Shown piece by piece: positions 38,831 to 51,950 of a stretch of DNA of 64,000 nucleotides. Location: positions 25,668,001 to 25,732,000 of the forward strand of contig NC_086106.1 of assembly GCF_963921235.1 (NCBI RefSeq), written 5' to 3'. The DNA comes from Mobula hypostoma (lineage: Eukaryota). The position numbers were made by a program, and so were the translations under genes. Each line of letters opens with the position of its first letter. Within the stretch, counting starts at the first letter, position 1. The notes under the pieces are model-generated. The model saw only the letters and a program-made list of their open reading frames with translations. It made no database searches and had not been told where the DNA came from.

Positions 38831-39895
38831 AGCAAAGCCCATGATATCATTAAGGATCTGGAACCCCATGAATTCTGCATTCTGGCGCGATTTACAGCCA
38901 GATTATACACAATCAGCTAATATCACAGGCTTGCGAGAATGATGTCAGATACGCTGCATCCTTTACTTCGTGTAATACCGGCGTAAATTGCTCTGCTAAA
39001 TGGGAGCTGAACCGGGTAAATCAGAGCTAAGACTATTTAGCCAGCGATCTAAACGGAACTGCTATACTCTGTTTCTTAATCATTTACTCTAGTTGTATTC
39101 TATTTGTCGAACTCACTCCTCCCTCCTTCGGTCTACTTTGAATGACACTTCATTTCCTGCAATGGTTCTCCTATTTTATTCGCTCTATCGGATTTTTCCT
39201 AAATTTCCGTCGCTCTGTTACTCAATCGTTCTCTGTCTGCCTCTGTATTCAAACCTACTCAATTTCTGTCTACTCCAAAACCCCACAGTCCATCTCTTAT
39301 TCTCTCTCTCTCTTTCTCTCTCTCTCTCTCATTCTCTCTTCACTTCCCTGTAATCACTGCTTGCATAGGCAGCCACCACAATTCAATTTGCAATTTATTT
39401 TCTCAGTCATCATTGTGGATTTTAACTAGCTGGGGGAACATTCTTTAACCCATCGCCAGTTCACTCGGTATTCATTGTGAATCCAAAAAAATACCATCCA
39501 TTACTCTCCACTTTTAGCAAGCTAACGGCAATAGACTCTACTTGAAATTTATCTTCATCAGAATCGTTTAGCATGACTGCTAATCCGATGCTATCTATTC
39601 ACATACACACTCGGTATCTCCACATTGAACTCATCTTCACTGTTAACCTTTCAAGGGGGCGAAAAATGATTTCCAGCCAAAGGTTGACCACAAGATATTG
39701 TTACAGACAACAGAAAAAGACATGGACACCAAGATATCGTAGAAATGTTTCGGAAAGCTGCCACAATATCATCGCTAAAGCTGAGTTCCAGAAGCGTTCC
39801 TAAGTATTTGGAGATTTTGCTGCTGACTGCAGCATTTCAAGTTGACCAAGTGATGCTCATGGTTTGTGCATAGGCTGTGCTAGTTTCCCAGCAAA

Positions 39896-39910
39896 AGCGC
39901 CCTCTAGTGA
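39896..39910 (-). promoter_or_regulatory. Candidate CTCF-binding element next to the B3 RSS
   Basis: Minus strand TCACTAGAGGGCGCT. Confidence 0.62.
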
Positions 39911-39962
39911 TCAAGCAAGGCTGGATTTTGCCGGCCCCACTATCTCTCTCTACAATACTGAA

Positions 39963-40386
39963 GAGGTCGTTGCACAGTGGCATACGTCAAAGTCTCGGAC
40001 AAGAACTCTAAGATATTTAAATGAGCTGACTCTGCCTTTGTGCATATCAGCTGTAAACTCCGCCGAAAATTCTGCAGACCGCTCCAGTTTTCGGAGCCAT
40101 ATACTTTCAGCAGTTATTTTTCGAGATTTCCCGCGATGCTGCGTGTATCAAAAATGTTTGGATTAGTTAGTGGGTAATTTCAGTTCAGTGTTATGGGCTG
40201 ACTTTCATTATCTGCTAATTTAGGAGCATCCTAGATCAGCGAATCTTTCCCCCTCGTTCCTCGATAAAGGACAGAATACAGTAATATTCCTGATTTGCAC
40301 TAAACTCACGTGGCACTCCCTGGTCATATGCGCAGCGTCTTACCTTCAGGATGACGACTGTAATGAATAAGAAACAGGAAACACAT
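39963..40386 (-). pseudogene. TCR V pseudogene, family B (B3)
   Basis: KDSLI*DAPKLADNESQPITLN*NY... with multiple stops; degenerate RSS TTCAGTA/24 nt/GCAAAATCC at 39923-39962. Confidence 0.78.
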
Positions 40387-41138
40387 ACTTCTGGCTTCAG
40401 TCTCGATTGGACAGCATATAACTTCGAAGAAGTTATCACTATGACAGATATTGGAGAGTAGACTTCTCGGTGCCCTGCTCAACGATTGATAGATAAAACG
40501 GAACCGAGGCTATTTCAACATGAATGGGAATCAGATTTCTTTGAACTCCCCCCTCTGCCTTTTTCCCCACGCTATAAATTTTTCTCTCACTCTGTCTCTC
40601 TGTCTGTCTCTCTCTTTCTCTCTCTCTCCCTCCTCTCTCTCCACTCCCTATCTCTCCATCTGTCTATTTTATTTATGTTTCTCTCTTTTAGCACTATCTC
40701 TCCGTCTCTCTTACTCACTCTCTTGCTGTCTCCCTACTTTCTTCTCTCCTTCGCTCTCCCTCCAAACAGTCATTTCTATGTATCTACCACTTGTGTTCGC
40801 TCTACGAAATCACTCTCGCTTTCTTTGGCAATCTGGCCCTGCTCACTCCCTTCTCACCTAACTCACTCATGCTAAACAACGTATTACTGAGTCATCCGCA
40901 ACATTATGACTCCCGCAGCTCCTGTTATCTATTATCATTAGCCTTTTAAGTTATTGACGAAACACCTTTCAATCTATCAGCATCGCACTGGATATTCCTT
41001 GTCAATAGTATACCAAATATTTATTCCCTGATATTTTTCCATATGTAAGTCAATCGCCTATCCATGGCAATAGATTCGAGTGCAACATTATTTTTGCAGT
41101 TGTTTTCTGCCTTACATCAGAATGGCTCCTTTCTCAGA

Positions 41139-41560
41139 ATGTACAGAGTTACCTGCCAGAGTCCGAAACAGGAGCTTCACGGATATTCAACTGAGCCATC
41201 TTGCTGACTTTCTGAAAAACTAGCGGTAAACCTCAATGGGTAATCTGGGTGCCGATGCATTCTTCCAGTGCTAGATACCTTGAGTAAATAATCTAGAGGT
41301 TCTCCACTATGTTGGATGTACCAAAAGAGATCTGGATCATAGTCAGTGTAATTGCAGTTCAGTGTTATGTTCTGTCCTTCCTTGGCCGTTAAGTCGGGAG
41401 GATCCTGCGTCATTGAATCTTTCCCACTCGCTCCTGCAATAAAGGACAGAATACAGCAACAGCGCCAGCTTGTATTGAAGGCCGGGGAAATTGGCTGGCA
41501 CGTTCGCAGACACTCACCGGGTGGCACAGAATGCAATCAGTAATAAACGGGGAAAATCAC
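41139..41560 (-). pseudogene. TCR V pseudogene, family A (A3), RSS lost
   Basis: Leader starts GTG instead of ATG. KDSMTQDPPDLTAKEGQNITLNCNYTDYDPDLFWYIQHSGEPLDYLLKVSSTGRMHRHPDYPLRFTASF then +1 frameshift and TAA before the second Cys. Homology ends a few nt after TGT; no heptamer or nonamer follows. Confidence 0.88.
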
Positions 41561-41806
41561 GGTGTCTAATTTCTGGCTGAATCAAACAGCAGGTTCCTTC
41601 CAGGATGTAATTATCACTCAATGGGTATTGCGGTGCGAGGTATTTCCAGCGATAACTTTCACTTTGTGCAAGAGCGGCGGGCCTTTTCCTGGTTAAAGCA
41701 CTGGCTGACACAATGAACCGCGAATTTCTGAGCACCATTCAGAATCTGTTTTCCTTCCATACGTCATACTGCCTGTTTCTCCACTCTTTCAATGTCCCGC
41801 GTTCCT

Positions 41807-41832
41807 ATCTCTCTCTCTCTCTCACACACACA

Positions 41833-41888
<56 letters not shown>
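41807..41888 (+). repeat. (CT)n/(CA)n microsatellite upstream of the A3 promoter
   Basis: Direct reading; a (TCTA)n tract also lies at ~42027-42062. Confidence 0.95.
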
Positions 41889-41891
<3 letters not shown>

Positions 41892-42028
41892 AGTCTGACC
41901 AACTGCCTTTATTACCCTGTTCTCTACATAATCACAACATATTCAAAACTTTATCAATGTGTAATCATGTCCAATTTTTCACATTGTCGCTTCTTCGACA
42001 TGGACAGTATCCCGCTGGAAGTAGTCTG

Positions 42029-42062
<34 letters not shown>

Positions 42063-42129
42063 GTTAGTTTAGGAGTGAATTGCAAGATGTAAGAGTACAG
42101 CAAGAGGATAAGACGTGAAAGAATAGGAC

Positions 42130-44110
42130 CTATCTAGTGTGACAGTGCAAAAGTGGTATGGAACCGGAGGGAATAGCAGAGGTACTTAATGAATGATTTA
42201 CTTCAGTATTCGCTATGGAAAAGGATCTTGGTGAATGTAGTGATGCCTTGCAGTGGACTGAAAAGCTTGAGCATGTAGATATTAAGAAGGCGGATGTGCT
42301 GTAGCTTCTGGAAAGCATCACGTTGGATAAATTTCCGGGAACGGACGAGATGTACCCCGGGCTACTGTGGGAGGAGATTGCATAGGACACTCAAAGCAGC
42401 TGCGCAGGTTGAAGCTGTGCTTAAGAAGGCAAACGGTGTATCGGCCTTCATCAATCGTGGAACTGAATTTAGGAGCCGAGCGGTAATGTTGCAGCTATAT
42501 GGGACCCTAGTCAGACCCCACTTAGAGTTCTGTGCTCAGTTCAGTTCGCCTCACTACAGGAAGGATGTTGAAACCATAGAAAGAGTGCAGGGGAGATTTA
42601 CAAGGAAGTGGACTGGATTGGGGAGCATGCCTTATGAAAACAGGTTGAGTGCACTCGGCCTTTTCTCCTGGGTGCGAAGGAGGATGACAGGTGCCCCGAT
42701 AGTGGTATTTATCGGCCTGTGATATTGACGTCAGTGCAGGGTAAATTGAAGGCAAGTATTCTAAGAGATGGTATATATAATTATCTGGATAGCCAGGTTT
42801 CTGATCAGGAGCAATTAAAATGCATTTGTGCATGGAAGGTCACGTTTGTCAACACTTATTGAATTTTTTTAAGAGGTTCCTAGGAAAGTTGACGAGGGTA
42901 AAGCGGTAGACGTTGTCTGTATGGACTTCAGTAAGGCCTTTGACAAGGTTCCACACGGAAGCTTAGTTAGGAAGGTTCAGTCGTTAGGTATTAATATTAT
43001 AGTTGAAAAAATGGATTCAGCAGTGGCTGGATGGGAGACGCCAGAGAGTAGTGGTGGATAACGGTTTGTCAGATTGGAGGCCAGTGACTAGTGGTGTGCC
43101 TCAGGGATCTGTACTGGGTCCAATGTTGTATGTCATATATATTAATGATATGGATAATGGGGTGGTAAATTGGATTAGTAAGTATGTAGATCATACGAAG
43201 ATAGGTGGAGTTGTGGATAATGAAGTAAGTTTTCTAAGTTTGCAAAGAGATTTAGGCCAGTTAAAGAGTGAACTGAAGGACAGCAGAAGGAGTTTAATGC
43301 TGATAAATGTGAGGTGGTACATTTTGGTAGGACTAATCAAAATAGGGCATACATGGTAAATGGAAGCGCATTGAAGAATGCAGTAGAACAGATGGATCTA
43401 AGAATAATGGTGCATAGTTCACTGAAGGTGCAATCCCATGTGTATAGGGTAGTGAAGAAACTTTTGGTTTGCTGGCCTTTAGAAGTCAAAGCATTGAGTA
43501 TAAGAGTTGGGATGTTATGTTGAAATTGTACAAGGCATTGGTAGAATTAAATTTGGAGTATTGTGTACAGCATTGGTCGCCGAATTATAGGAAAGATGTC
43601 AACAAAATAGAGAAAATACAGAGAACATTTACTAGAATGATACCTACGTTTCATCTCCTAAGTTACAGGGAAAGGTTGTACAAGTCGGGTCATTATTCTT
43701 TGGAGCGTAGAAGGTTGAGTGGAGTCTTGATAGAGGTATTTAAAATTATGAGGGGGGTTAGATAGTGTTGACTTGTTAGGCTTTTTCCATTGAGAGTGTG
43801 GGAAATTCAAACAAGAGGACATAAGTAGAGAGTTAAATGGCAAAAGATTCGGAGTAAAATGAGGGGTAACCTCTTTACTCAGAGAGTGGTAGCTCTGTGG
43901 AACGAGGTTCCAGCAGAAGTGGTTGAGGCAGGTTCGATGTTGTCATTTAAATTTAAATTGGACAGCTATATGGACTGGAAAGGAATGGAGGGTTATGGGC
44001 TGAGTGCAGGTCGGTAGAATTAGGTGAAAGTGAGAGTTCAGCACGGATTAGAAGGGCCAAGAGGGCCTGTTTCCGTTCTATAATTGTTACATAGTTATAC
44101 GGTTATATGG
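42130..44110 (+). mobile_element. Composite decayed CR1 fragments in permuted order
   Basis: Pre-RT piece fused to a 3' RT piece, followed by a second RT core and 3' tail; duplicated at 50091-51950. Confidence 0.8.
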
Positions 44111-44376
44111 TGATTTGGAAATATATCCCACAATAGTCCCTTTCGTCAACATTTTTTTTTATTCTTCCAGCATTGAGCTAGTTATTGAATGTCAGCAAGT
44201 GTTCATCCAGTTATTCCCTAATCTGTGTTTGCTGTTGGGGTGCCAAGCTGCTATCCACGTCAATAGACTCCTGAAAGCACATTCTGTGTAGCCAGCACTC
44301 TCTGACTTTAAAAATATACTTACATCGGCATGCCCCTTGTAATTACTCCCAATCGCATTAAAATGTCGTAATCTCA

Positions 44377-45388
44377 TGTAAGGCTTCTTTGTTATGTTAA
44401 TAGAATTTAGAACATAGAATAGTATAGCACAGTACAGGTCCTTCGGCCCACAATGTTGTGCCGACCCTCATACCTGCCTCCCATATAAGCCCCCAACTGA
44501 AATTCCTCCATATACTTGTCTAGTACTCTCGTAAACTTCACTCGTGTATCTGCCTCCGCCACTGACTCAGGCAGTCCATTCCACGCACCAACCACTGTCT
44601 GAGTAAAAAGCCTTCCTCTAATATCCCCCTTGAACTTCCCACCCCTTACATTATAGCCATGTCCTCTTCTATTGAGCAGTGGTGCCCGAGGGAAGAGGCG
44701 CTGGCTATCCACTCTATCTATTCCTCTTATAATCTTGTACACCTCTATCATGTCTCCTCTCATCCTCCTTCTCTCCAAAGAGTAAAGCTCTAGCTCCCTT
44801 AATCTCTGATCAAATTTAAAGTTGCTGCGTATGCGAATTAAAATGGCTTCCATGTTATGTTAAATGCTGAGAAAGTCTCTCGTTAGCACTTGGTTGGGTT
44901 ATGATAGATAGCAGATGTACTATGAGCCAATGGGTGTCCATGTTATTCTTTCTTGGATGGATATGCCGTATCATATGGCTGGGAACCAGGGGCTATTGGC
45001 TGGGAGTTGGAGGAGAGACCATGAGGACGACGGACGTGCGGGAAATCTCAGGTTGATCACATTGGTAGTCCCGAGCTGCGAGTCGAAGGGGTCAGAGTTG
45101 CCCCGAAGATGTCCCCGAGCTCCAACGTGTACCCGAAGAAATTGAACTTTGATAAGTCTGGCGCCTTTTCCATTTCTTTTTTTTTTATTGAACTTCTATT
45201 AATCTCATATACCTATTATTATCTATAAAGTGTAATTGGTAAAACGTACGTTGTGTGCTGGCTGATGATTGGTGTTTGAAGCTGAATCAGATGACAGTTG
45301 TACAGCAACCAACATAATCGGGAAACAAGGTGGGCGGCAGACGGGGATTCCCCGGGATAAATGCGAGCCAATATAGCTGAGCGTTACA
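44377..45388. mobile_element. Solo LTR containing a nested ~410-bp minus-strand CR1 3' fragment (~44401-44813)
   Basis: TGTAAG...GTTACA; empty site gtaatctcgcattagcc at ~56485; CR1 RT tail ORF 44407-44853. Confidence 0.72.
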
Positions 45389-45489
45389 CTTGCATTAGTC
45401 TTTTCCACCGTAATGGTCAAAGGGCTGAGTGTCCTCTCTATCTATGCCTCTTCACAGTTATTAAGTTATTAAGTTACCCCACATTTTCC

Positions 45490-45720
45490 TTCGTTCCAAA
45501 AATAAACGTCCTTGCTCGCAGAAACTGAAATGACCTGTGGAATTTCCAGGCACTTGCGGATGTGTAATTGAGTTGAACATTATGACCTGACTTCCTTTAA
45601 TCGTCGATGCAGAGAGCTAGATCTTTCCCACGCGCTTCTACATATGAAAGACAAAATGACTGAACATGAAGTGCTCCCATCGCACCTTCGAGACACCCAC
45701 TGACTATTTGCGAAAAGATT
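45490..45720 (-). pseudogene. Family D V relic, copy 3
   Basis: Paralogous to 22510-22750. Confidence 0.5.
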
Positions 45721-46728
45721 CGCCAGGCAGCAAAGATAATATAATTGGTAAGGATCAAGGACGTACACAATGCCTGCTTTCACGCGCGGTCTTAAGCCTG
45801 CTAACAAGAAGTTAATACCACAGATTTGCGACAACGATGTCAGATACGCTACACCCTTCGCTTCGTGCAAAACCTGCATAATTTGCTCTGCTAACTCAGA
45901 GTTGAACCGTGGAAATCAGAGCTGAGCCTATTTAACCACGGAGGTGAATGGAACTACTACACTCTGTTTATTTATCATACACTCTAACTATATTCTATTT
46001 TCCAATCTCACCCTTCCCTTCATCGTTCTATTTTAAGTAACTCTTTATTTCTTGCAATGCACCTCCTACTTTGTTTTCCATTTTGTTGCTGTCCAGTATT
46101 TCCTTCGCTATGTCACTCAATGGCTCTCTGTCTGCCTCTGTATTCCAATCTGCAATTTTAGTGATTCATCAATGTAGTTTTAAACTCGTTGTAGGAACAT
46201 CCTTTGTTCCAACGCCACTGCATTCGTATTAATTTTCAATCCGTAAAATAAACATCCTTTCCTCTGCACTTTCAGGAAGCTAATGTCAGTGGACCCCACC
46301 TGAAATGTATCTTCATCAGAAGCTTTGAGTGTGGCAGCATGTCCAATGCTGTCTAGTCATTTACAAACTCAATATATTTAGGTTGCACTCATCTTCACCG
46401 TTAACCCCTCAATATCGTGAAAACTGAAGTCCAGCAAAAAAAAAGAAGTAACCATAAGATATTCTTATAGGCAACAGAGAGACATGGACGCCACCATACA
46501 GTAGAAATACTTCGGAAAGCCGCCAGAATATACCCAGGTTAAGCTAAATTCAAGATGTTTCCACAAGTTTGGACGCATTGTGCTGCTAAAAACAGCATTT
46601 CAAATCGACCACCGTGATGCTCATATTTTCTGCGTACAGCTGTTTCCTGTTCCCCAGAAAAAGGCGCACTCTATTGATCACGTAACGCTGGATTTTGTGC
46701 AGACCCGCTGCTTCCCTGCAACACCGAG

Positions 46729-48719
46729 CTGTCCTTTACACAGAGGTGCTGTATACACCAGAGTCCAGGGACAAGAATTCCAGAGATACTTGAATGAGCC
46801 GACTCTGCGTCTGTGCGTAAAAGCTGTCAGCTGTCAAGCCTATGGAATTAAGGGAAACAAGTAGTGAGATCATGGAAACTGTACTGATCGAAAAGGAGGA
46901 GGTCCTTGCTGTCTTGAGGAAAATTAAAGTGGATAAATCCCCGGGACCTGGCAGGGTGCTCCCTCAGACCTCGAAGGAGACTAGTGTTAAAATTGCAGGG
47001 GCCCTGGCAGAAATATTTAAAGTGCCGCTGTGTACAGGTGAGGTGCCGGAGGACTGGAGAGAGGCTAATGTCGTTCCGTTGTTTAAAAAAAGCATCGAAA
47101 AGTAATCCGGGGAATTATAGGCCAGTAAGTTTAACGTAGTTAGTAGGTAAGTTATTGGAGGGAGTATTAAGAAACAGAATCTACACCCACTTGGATAGAC
47201 AGGGACTTATTAAGGAGAGTCAACATGGCTTTGTGCGTGGTAGGTCATGTTTGACGAATCTATTGGAGTTTTTCGAGGAGGTTACCAGGAAAGTGGATGA
47301 AGGGAAGGCAGTGGATATTGTTTACATGGACTTCAGTAAGGCCTTTGACAAGGTCCCGCATGGGAGGTTAGTTAGGAAAATTCAGTCGCTAGGTATACAT
47401 GGAGAGGTGGTAAATTGGATTAGACATTGGCTCAATGGAAGAAGCCAAAGAGTGGTAGTAGAGAATTGCTTCTCCGAGTGAAGGCCTATGACTAGTGGTG
47501 CGCCACAGGGATCAGTGCTGGGTCCATTGTTATTTGTCATCTATATCAATGATCTGAATGATAATGTGGTAAATTGGGTCAGCAAATTTGCTGATGGTAC
47601 AAAGATTGGAGGTGTAGTAGCCAGTGAGGAAGGTTTTCAGAGCCTGCAGCGGGACTTGGACCAGCTGGGAAAATGGGCGGAAAAATGGCAGATGGAGTTT
47701 AATACTGACAAGTGTGAGGTATTGCATGTTGGAAGGACAAACCAATGTAGAATATACAGGGTTAATGGTAAGGCACTGAGGAGTGCAGTGGAACAGAGGG
47801 ATCTGGGAATACAGATACAAAATTCCCTAAAAGTGGCGTCACAGGTAGATAAGGTCGTAAAGAGAGCTTTTGGTACATTGGCCTTTATTAATCAAAGTAT
47901 TGAGTATAAGAGCTAGAAAGTTAAGATGAGGTTGTATAAGGCATTGGTGAGGCCGAATCTGCAGTGTTGTGTTTAGTTTTGGTCACCAGCTTACAGGAAG
48001 GATATAAATAAGTTTGAAAGAGTGCAGAGAAGGTTTACAAGGATGTTGCCGGGACTTGAGAAACACAGTTACACAGAAAGGTTGAATAGGTTGGGACTTT
48101 ATTCCCTGGAGCGTAGAAGAATGAGGGGACATTTGATAGAGGTATATAAAATTATGATGGGTATTGATAGAGTGAATGCAAGCAGGCTTTTTCCACTGAG
48201 GCAAGGGCGGGGGGGGGGGGGGAACCGGAGGAGATGTGTTAAGGGTGGGGGGGGGAGTTTAAAGGGAACATTAACATTCTTCACACAGAGAGTGGTGGGA
48301 GTATGGAATGAGCTGCGAGACAGGGTGGTAAATTCGGGTTCTTTTTTAACATTTAAGAATAAATTGGACAGATACATGGATGGGATGTGTATGGAAGGAT
48401 ATGGTCCGTGTGCAGGTCAGTGAGATTAGGCAGAAAATGGTTCGGCACGGCCAAGAAGGGCCAAAAGGCCAGTTTCTGTGCTGTAGTTTTTCTATGGTTT
48501 TGTCGTTCTACTTTCTATGGTTCTAAACTCGCTGGACATTCTGTGGCAGCTCCGATTTTCCTCATAGCTTCAGCAGTTTTTAGGAGATTCTCTGCGATGC
48601 TGATTGTATCAGATATGTTTGTCGTAGTTCGTGTGTAGCTGTATTTCAGTGTTATCATCTGCCTTTCGTCAGCCGATAATATAGGAGCATCCTGATCATA
48701 GAATTGTACTTTCTCGTTC
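46729..48719 (-). pseudogene. TCR V pseudogene, family B (B4), exon split by a 1.7-kb CR1, leader deleted
   Basis: 3' part 46729-~46833 and 5' part ~48533-48719 rejoin as ...tcagctgt|aaactcgctgg..., as in B2. RSS CTCGGTG/23/ACAAAATCC at 46690-46728. Confidence 0.8.
46834..48532 (+). mobile_element. 5'-truncated CR1 LINE inserted in the V B4 exon
   Basis: RT ORFs 46842-48423 (YMDFSKAFD, FADGTKIG); ttctatgg-type tail. Confidence 0.9.
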
Positions 48720-49219
48720 CTGCAATAAAGGACAGATAATCCGACAGATAATCTGTCGGATTATCTAAATACTCAGGGTAAAGCATGCGCAGCTGTTGTA
48801 TCTTCCATAATTTCAGTGGGTTGTTAATTTCTGGCTCTCGTTAACATGCCACTTGCAATTCTTCGTCATTCTGAAAAGCACCAATTTTGCCACCCTCTGT
48901 TTTCCATTGAGATCTTTATATATGTCCACGTTCCACTCCGTCCATTTTATTTTTCTTTGCAAACAAACGAACAAAGTGGCCAAAGAGAATGTCAGTCAAG
49001 GCGGTCCAGCGCTATATACCCTTACAGCAGAAGAAGATGGGCGAATGCACATTGCGTTATTCAGGAAAAGATTTGCAAATTTCCATTTCGGTTGCGCCCA
49101 GTAAGCAGAAACTGTTCCTTCAGCTTCGGCGCCTTGTGCTGCTGCTTACAGAGCTCTTCCGCAGGGCACGTGACCAAGGATGATTTCTAGGAGCACCCCT
49201 TCCAGATTCGCCGCCAAAA

Positions 49220-49234
49220 GGCGCCCTCCTGTGA
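49220..49234 (-). promoter_or_regulatory. Candidate CTCF-binding element 24 bp beyond the A4 RSS nonamer
   Basis: Minus strand TCACAGGAGGGCGCC. Confidence 0.55.
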
Positions 49235-49258
49235 GAGCTGTTTGCATCTAACAGGGCT

Positions 49259-49297
49259 AACTTTTGTCCGGATCCTCCGTCTGCATACAACAGTGTG
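49259..49297 (-). other. 23-RSS of V A4
   Basis: CACACTG, 23-nt spacer, nonamer ACAAAAGTT on the minus strand. Confidence 0.9.
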
Positions 49298-49717
49298 GTA
49301 CTCATTGCACAGAGATACCTGCCAGAGTCCGACACCAGAGCTTCACTAATGTTCAATTGAGCCGTCTTGCTGTCTTTCCGAAAAGTAGCGGTAAACCGAT
49401 TCATTCGATTCATTACTTTAGTGCTAGATACCATCAGCAAATAATTTGGATGTTCTCCACTATGTTGAATGTACCAAAAGATATCTGGATCATAGTAAGT
49501 GTAATTACAGTTCAGTGTGATGTTCTGTACTTCCTTGGCCGTTAAGTCGGGAGGATCCTGCGTCACTGAATCTTTCCCACTCGCTCCTGCAATAAAGGAC
49601 AGAATACATCAACAACGCCGGCTTGTATTGAACGCCGGGGAAATTCGCTGGCCACATTCACAGACACTCACCGGGTAGCACAGACAATGCAATCATTAAT
49701 AAACAGGGGGAAATCAT
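49298..49717 (-). CDS. TCR alpha/delta-type V gene segment (family A, copy A4), open frame, potentially functional: leader 49672-49717, V exon 49298-49586
   Basis: Leader MISPCLLMIALSVLP(G) with GTGAGT/CAG splice sites. V exon GASGKDSVTQDPPDLTAKEVQNITLNCNYTYYDPDIFWYIQHSGEHPNYLLMVSSTKVMNRMNRFTATFRKDSKTAQLNISEALVSDSGRYLCAMS is 12 nt shorter than A2, in frame. Confidence 0.85.
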
Positions 49718-49943
49718 GGTGTCTAATTTCTGGCTGAATCGAACAGCAGGTTCCTTTCAGGACGTAATTATCACTCAATAGATATTGTGGTGTGAAGTTT
49801 TTTTCAGCGATAACTTTCACTTTGTGCAAGAGCGGCGGGACTTTTCCTGGTTGAAGGATTGGCTGACACGATGAACCGCGAATTTTTTTAGCACCAATCA
49901 GAATCTGTTTTCCTTCTATACGTCATACTGCCTGTTTCTCCAA

Positions 49944-50090
49944 NNNNNNNNNNNNNNNNNNNNNNNNNNNNNNNNNNNNNNNNNNNNNNNNNNNNNNNNN
50001 NNNNNNNNNNNNNNNNNNNNNNNNNNNNNNNNNNNNNNNNNNNNNNNNNNNNNNNNNNNNNNNNNNNNNNNNNNNNNNNNNNNNNNNNNN
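49944..50090. other. Assembly gap (147 N)
   Basis: Run of N. Confidence 1.
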
Positions 50091-51950
50091 AGTGTGACAG
50101 TGCAAAAGTGTGTATGGAACCGGAGGAAATATGAGAGGTATTTGATGAATACGTTACTTCAGTATTCACTATAGAAAAGTATATTGGTGAATGCAGTGAT
50201 GACTTGCAGTGTACTGAAAAGCTTGAGCATGTAGATATTAAGAAAGCGGATATGCTGGAGCTTTTGAAAAGCATCAAGTTGGATAGGTTTCCGGGACCGG
50301 ACGAGATGTACCCCAAACTACAATGGGGGAGATTGCTTTGGACACTCAAAGCAGCTGAGCAGGTTCACTCTGTAGATAAGAAGGCATACGGTGTATTGGC
50401 ATTCATCAATCGTGGAACTGAATTTAGGAGCTGAGATGTAATGTTGCAGCTAGATAGGACCCTTGTCAGACCCCACATGGCGTACTGTGCTCAGTTCTGA
50501 TCGATCACTACAGGAAGGATGTGGAAACCATAGAAAGGGTGCAGAGGAGATTTACAAAGGTGTGTTCTGGATTGGGGAGCATGCCTTATGAAAACGGGTT
50601 GAGTGAACTCGGCCTTTTCTCCTTGGAAGGACGGAGAATAACGTCAGTGGTGGGTAAATTGATGGAAAGTATTCTAAGTGATGGTATATATAATTATTTG
50701 GATAGTCATGTTTCTGATTAGGGACAGTCAACATGGATTTGTGCATGGAAGGTCACGTTTGACAAATCTTATTGAATTTTTTGAACAGTTTACTAGGAAG
50801 GTTGACGAGGGTAAAGCGGTGGACGTCGTCTGTATGGACTTCAATAAGGCCTTTGAATAGGTTCCGTGCGAAAGGTTAATTAAGAAGGTTCGGTCGTTAG
50901 GTATTAATATTGAAGTAGTAAAATAGATTCAGCAGTGGCGGGATGGGAGACGCCAGACAGTAGTAGTGGATAACAGTTTGTCAGATTGGAGGCCGGTGAC
51001 TACTGGTGTGCCTCAGGGATCTTTACTGCGTCCAGTGTTGTATGTCATATAGATTAATGATTTGGATAATAGGGTGGTAAATTGGATTAGTAAGTATGCA
51101 GATGATACCAGGATAGGTGGAGTTGTGGATAATGAGGTAGGTTTTCTAAGCTTGCAAAGAGATTTAGGCCAGTTAGAAGAATGTGCTGAAGGATGGCAAA
51201 TGTAGTTTAATGCTGATAAATATCAGGTGGTACCTATTGGTAGGACTACTCAAAGTAGGACATGCATGGAAAAATGGAAGGGCATTGAAGAATGCAGCAG
51301 AACAGAGCGATCAAGGAATAATGGTGCATAGTTCCCTGAAGGTGGAATCTCATGTGCATAGGGTGATGAAGAAAGCTTTTTGTGTGCTGGCCTTTATAAA
51401 TCAGAACATTGAGATGTAATGTTGAAATTGTACAAGGCATTGGAAAGGCCAAATTTGGAGTATTGTGTACAGTTCTGGTCAGCAAATTATAGGGAAGCTG
51501 TCAACAAAATAGAGAGAATACAGAGAATATTTACGAGAATGTTACCTGGGTTTCATCTCCTAAATTATAGAGAAAGGTTGAACAAGTTGGATCGTTATTC
51601 TTTGGAGCGTAGAAGGTTGAGGGGGGACTTAATAGAGGTATTTAAAATTATGAGGGGGATAGATAGAGTTGACATGGATAGGCTTTTTCCATTGAGAGTG
51701 TGGGAGATTCAAACAAGACGACGTGAGTTGAGAGTTATATGGCAAACATTTCGGGGTAACATGAGGGGGAACTTCTTTACTCAAAGAGTGGTAGCTGTGT
51801 GGAACGAAGTTCCAACAGAAGTGGTTGACACAGGTTCGATGTTGTCATTTAACGCTAGATTGGATAGATATATGGACAGAAAGGAATGGAGGATTATGGG
51901 CTAAGTGCAGGTCGGTGGGACGAGATGAGAGTAAGAGTCCGGCACGGAAT
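50091..51950 (+). mobile_element. Duplicate of the composite CR1 at 42130-44110
   Basis: Same internal fusion (ggagattgc..ggacactcaaagcagctg) and same order of modules. Confidence 0.8.

Noticed and set aside
41030-41138. Germline-joined V-J gene at A3
   Set aside because: No FGxG motif or J-like open frame, and A3 already has a stop and a frameshift.
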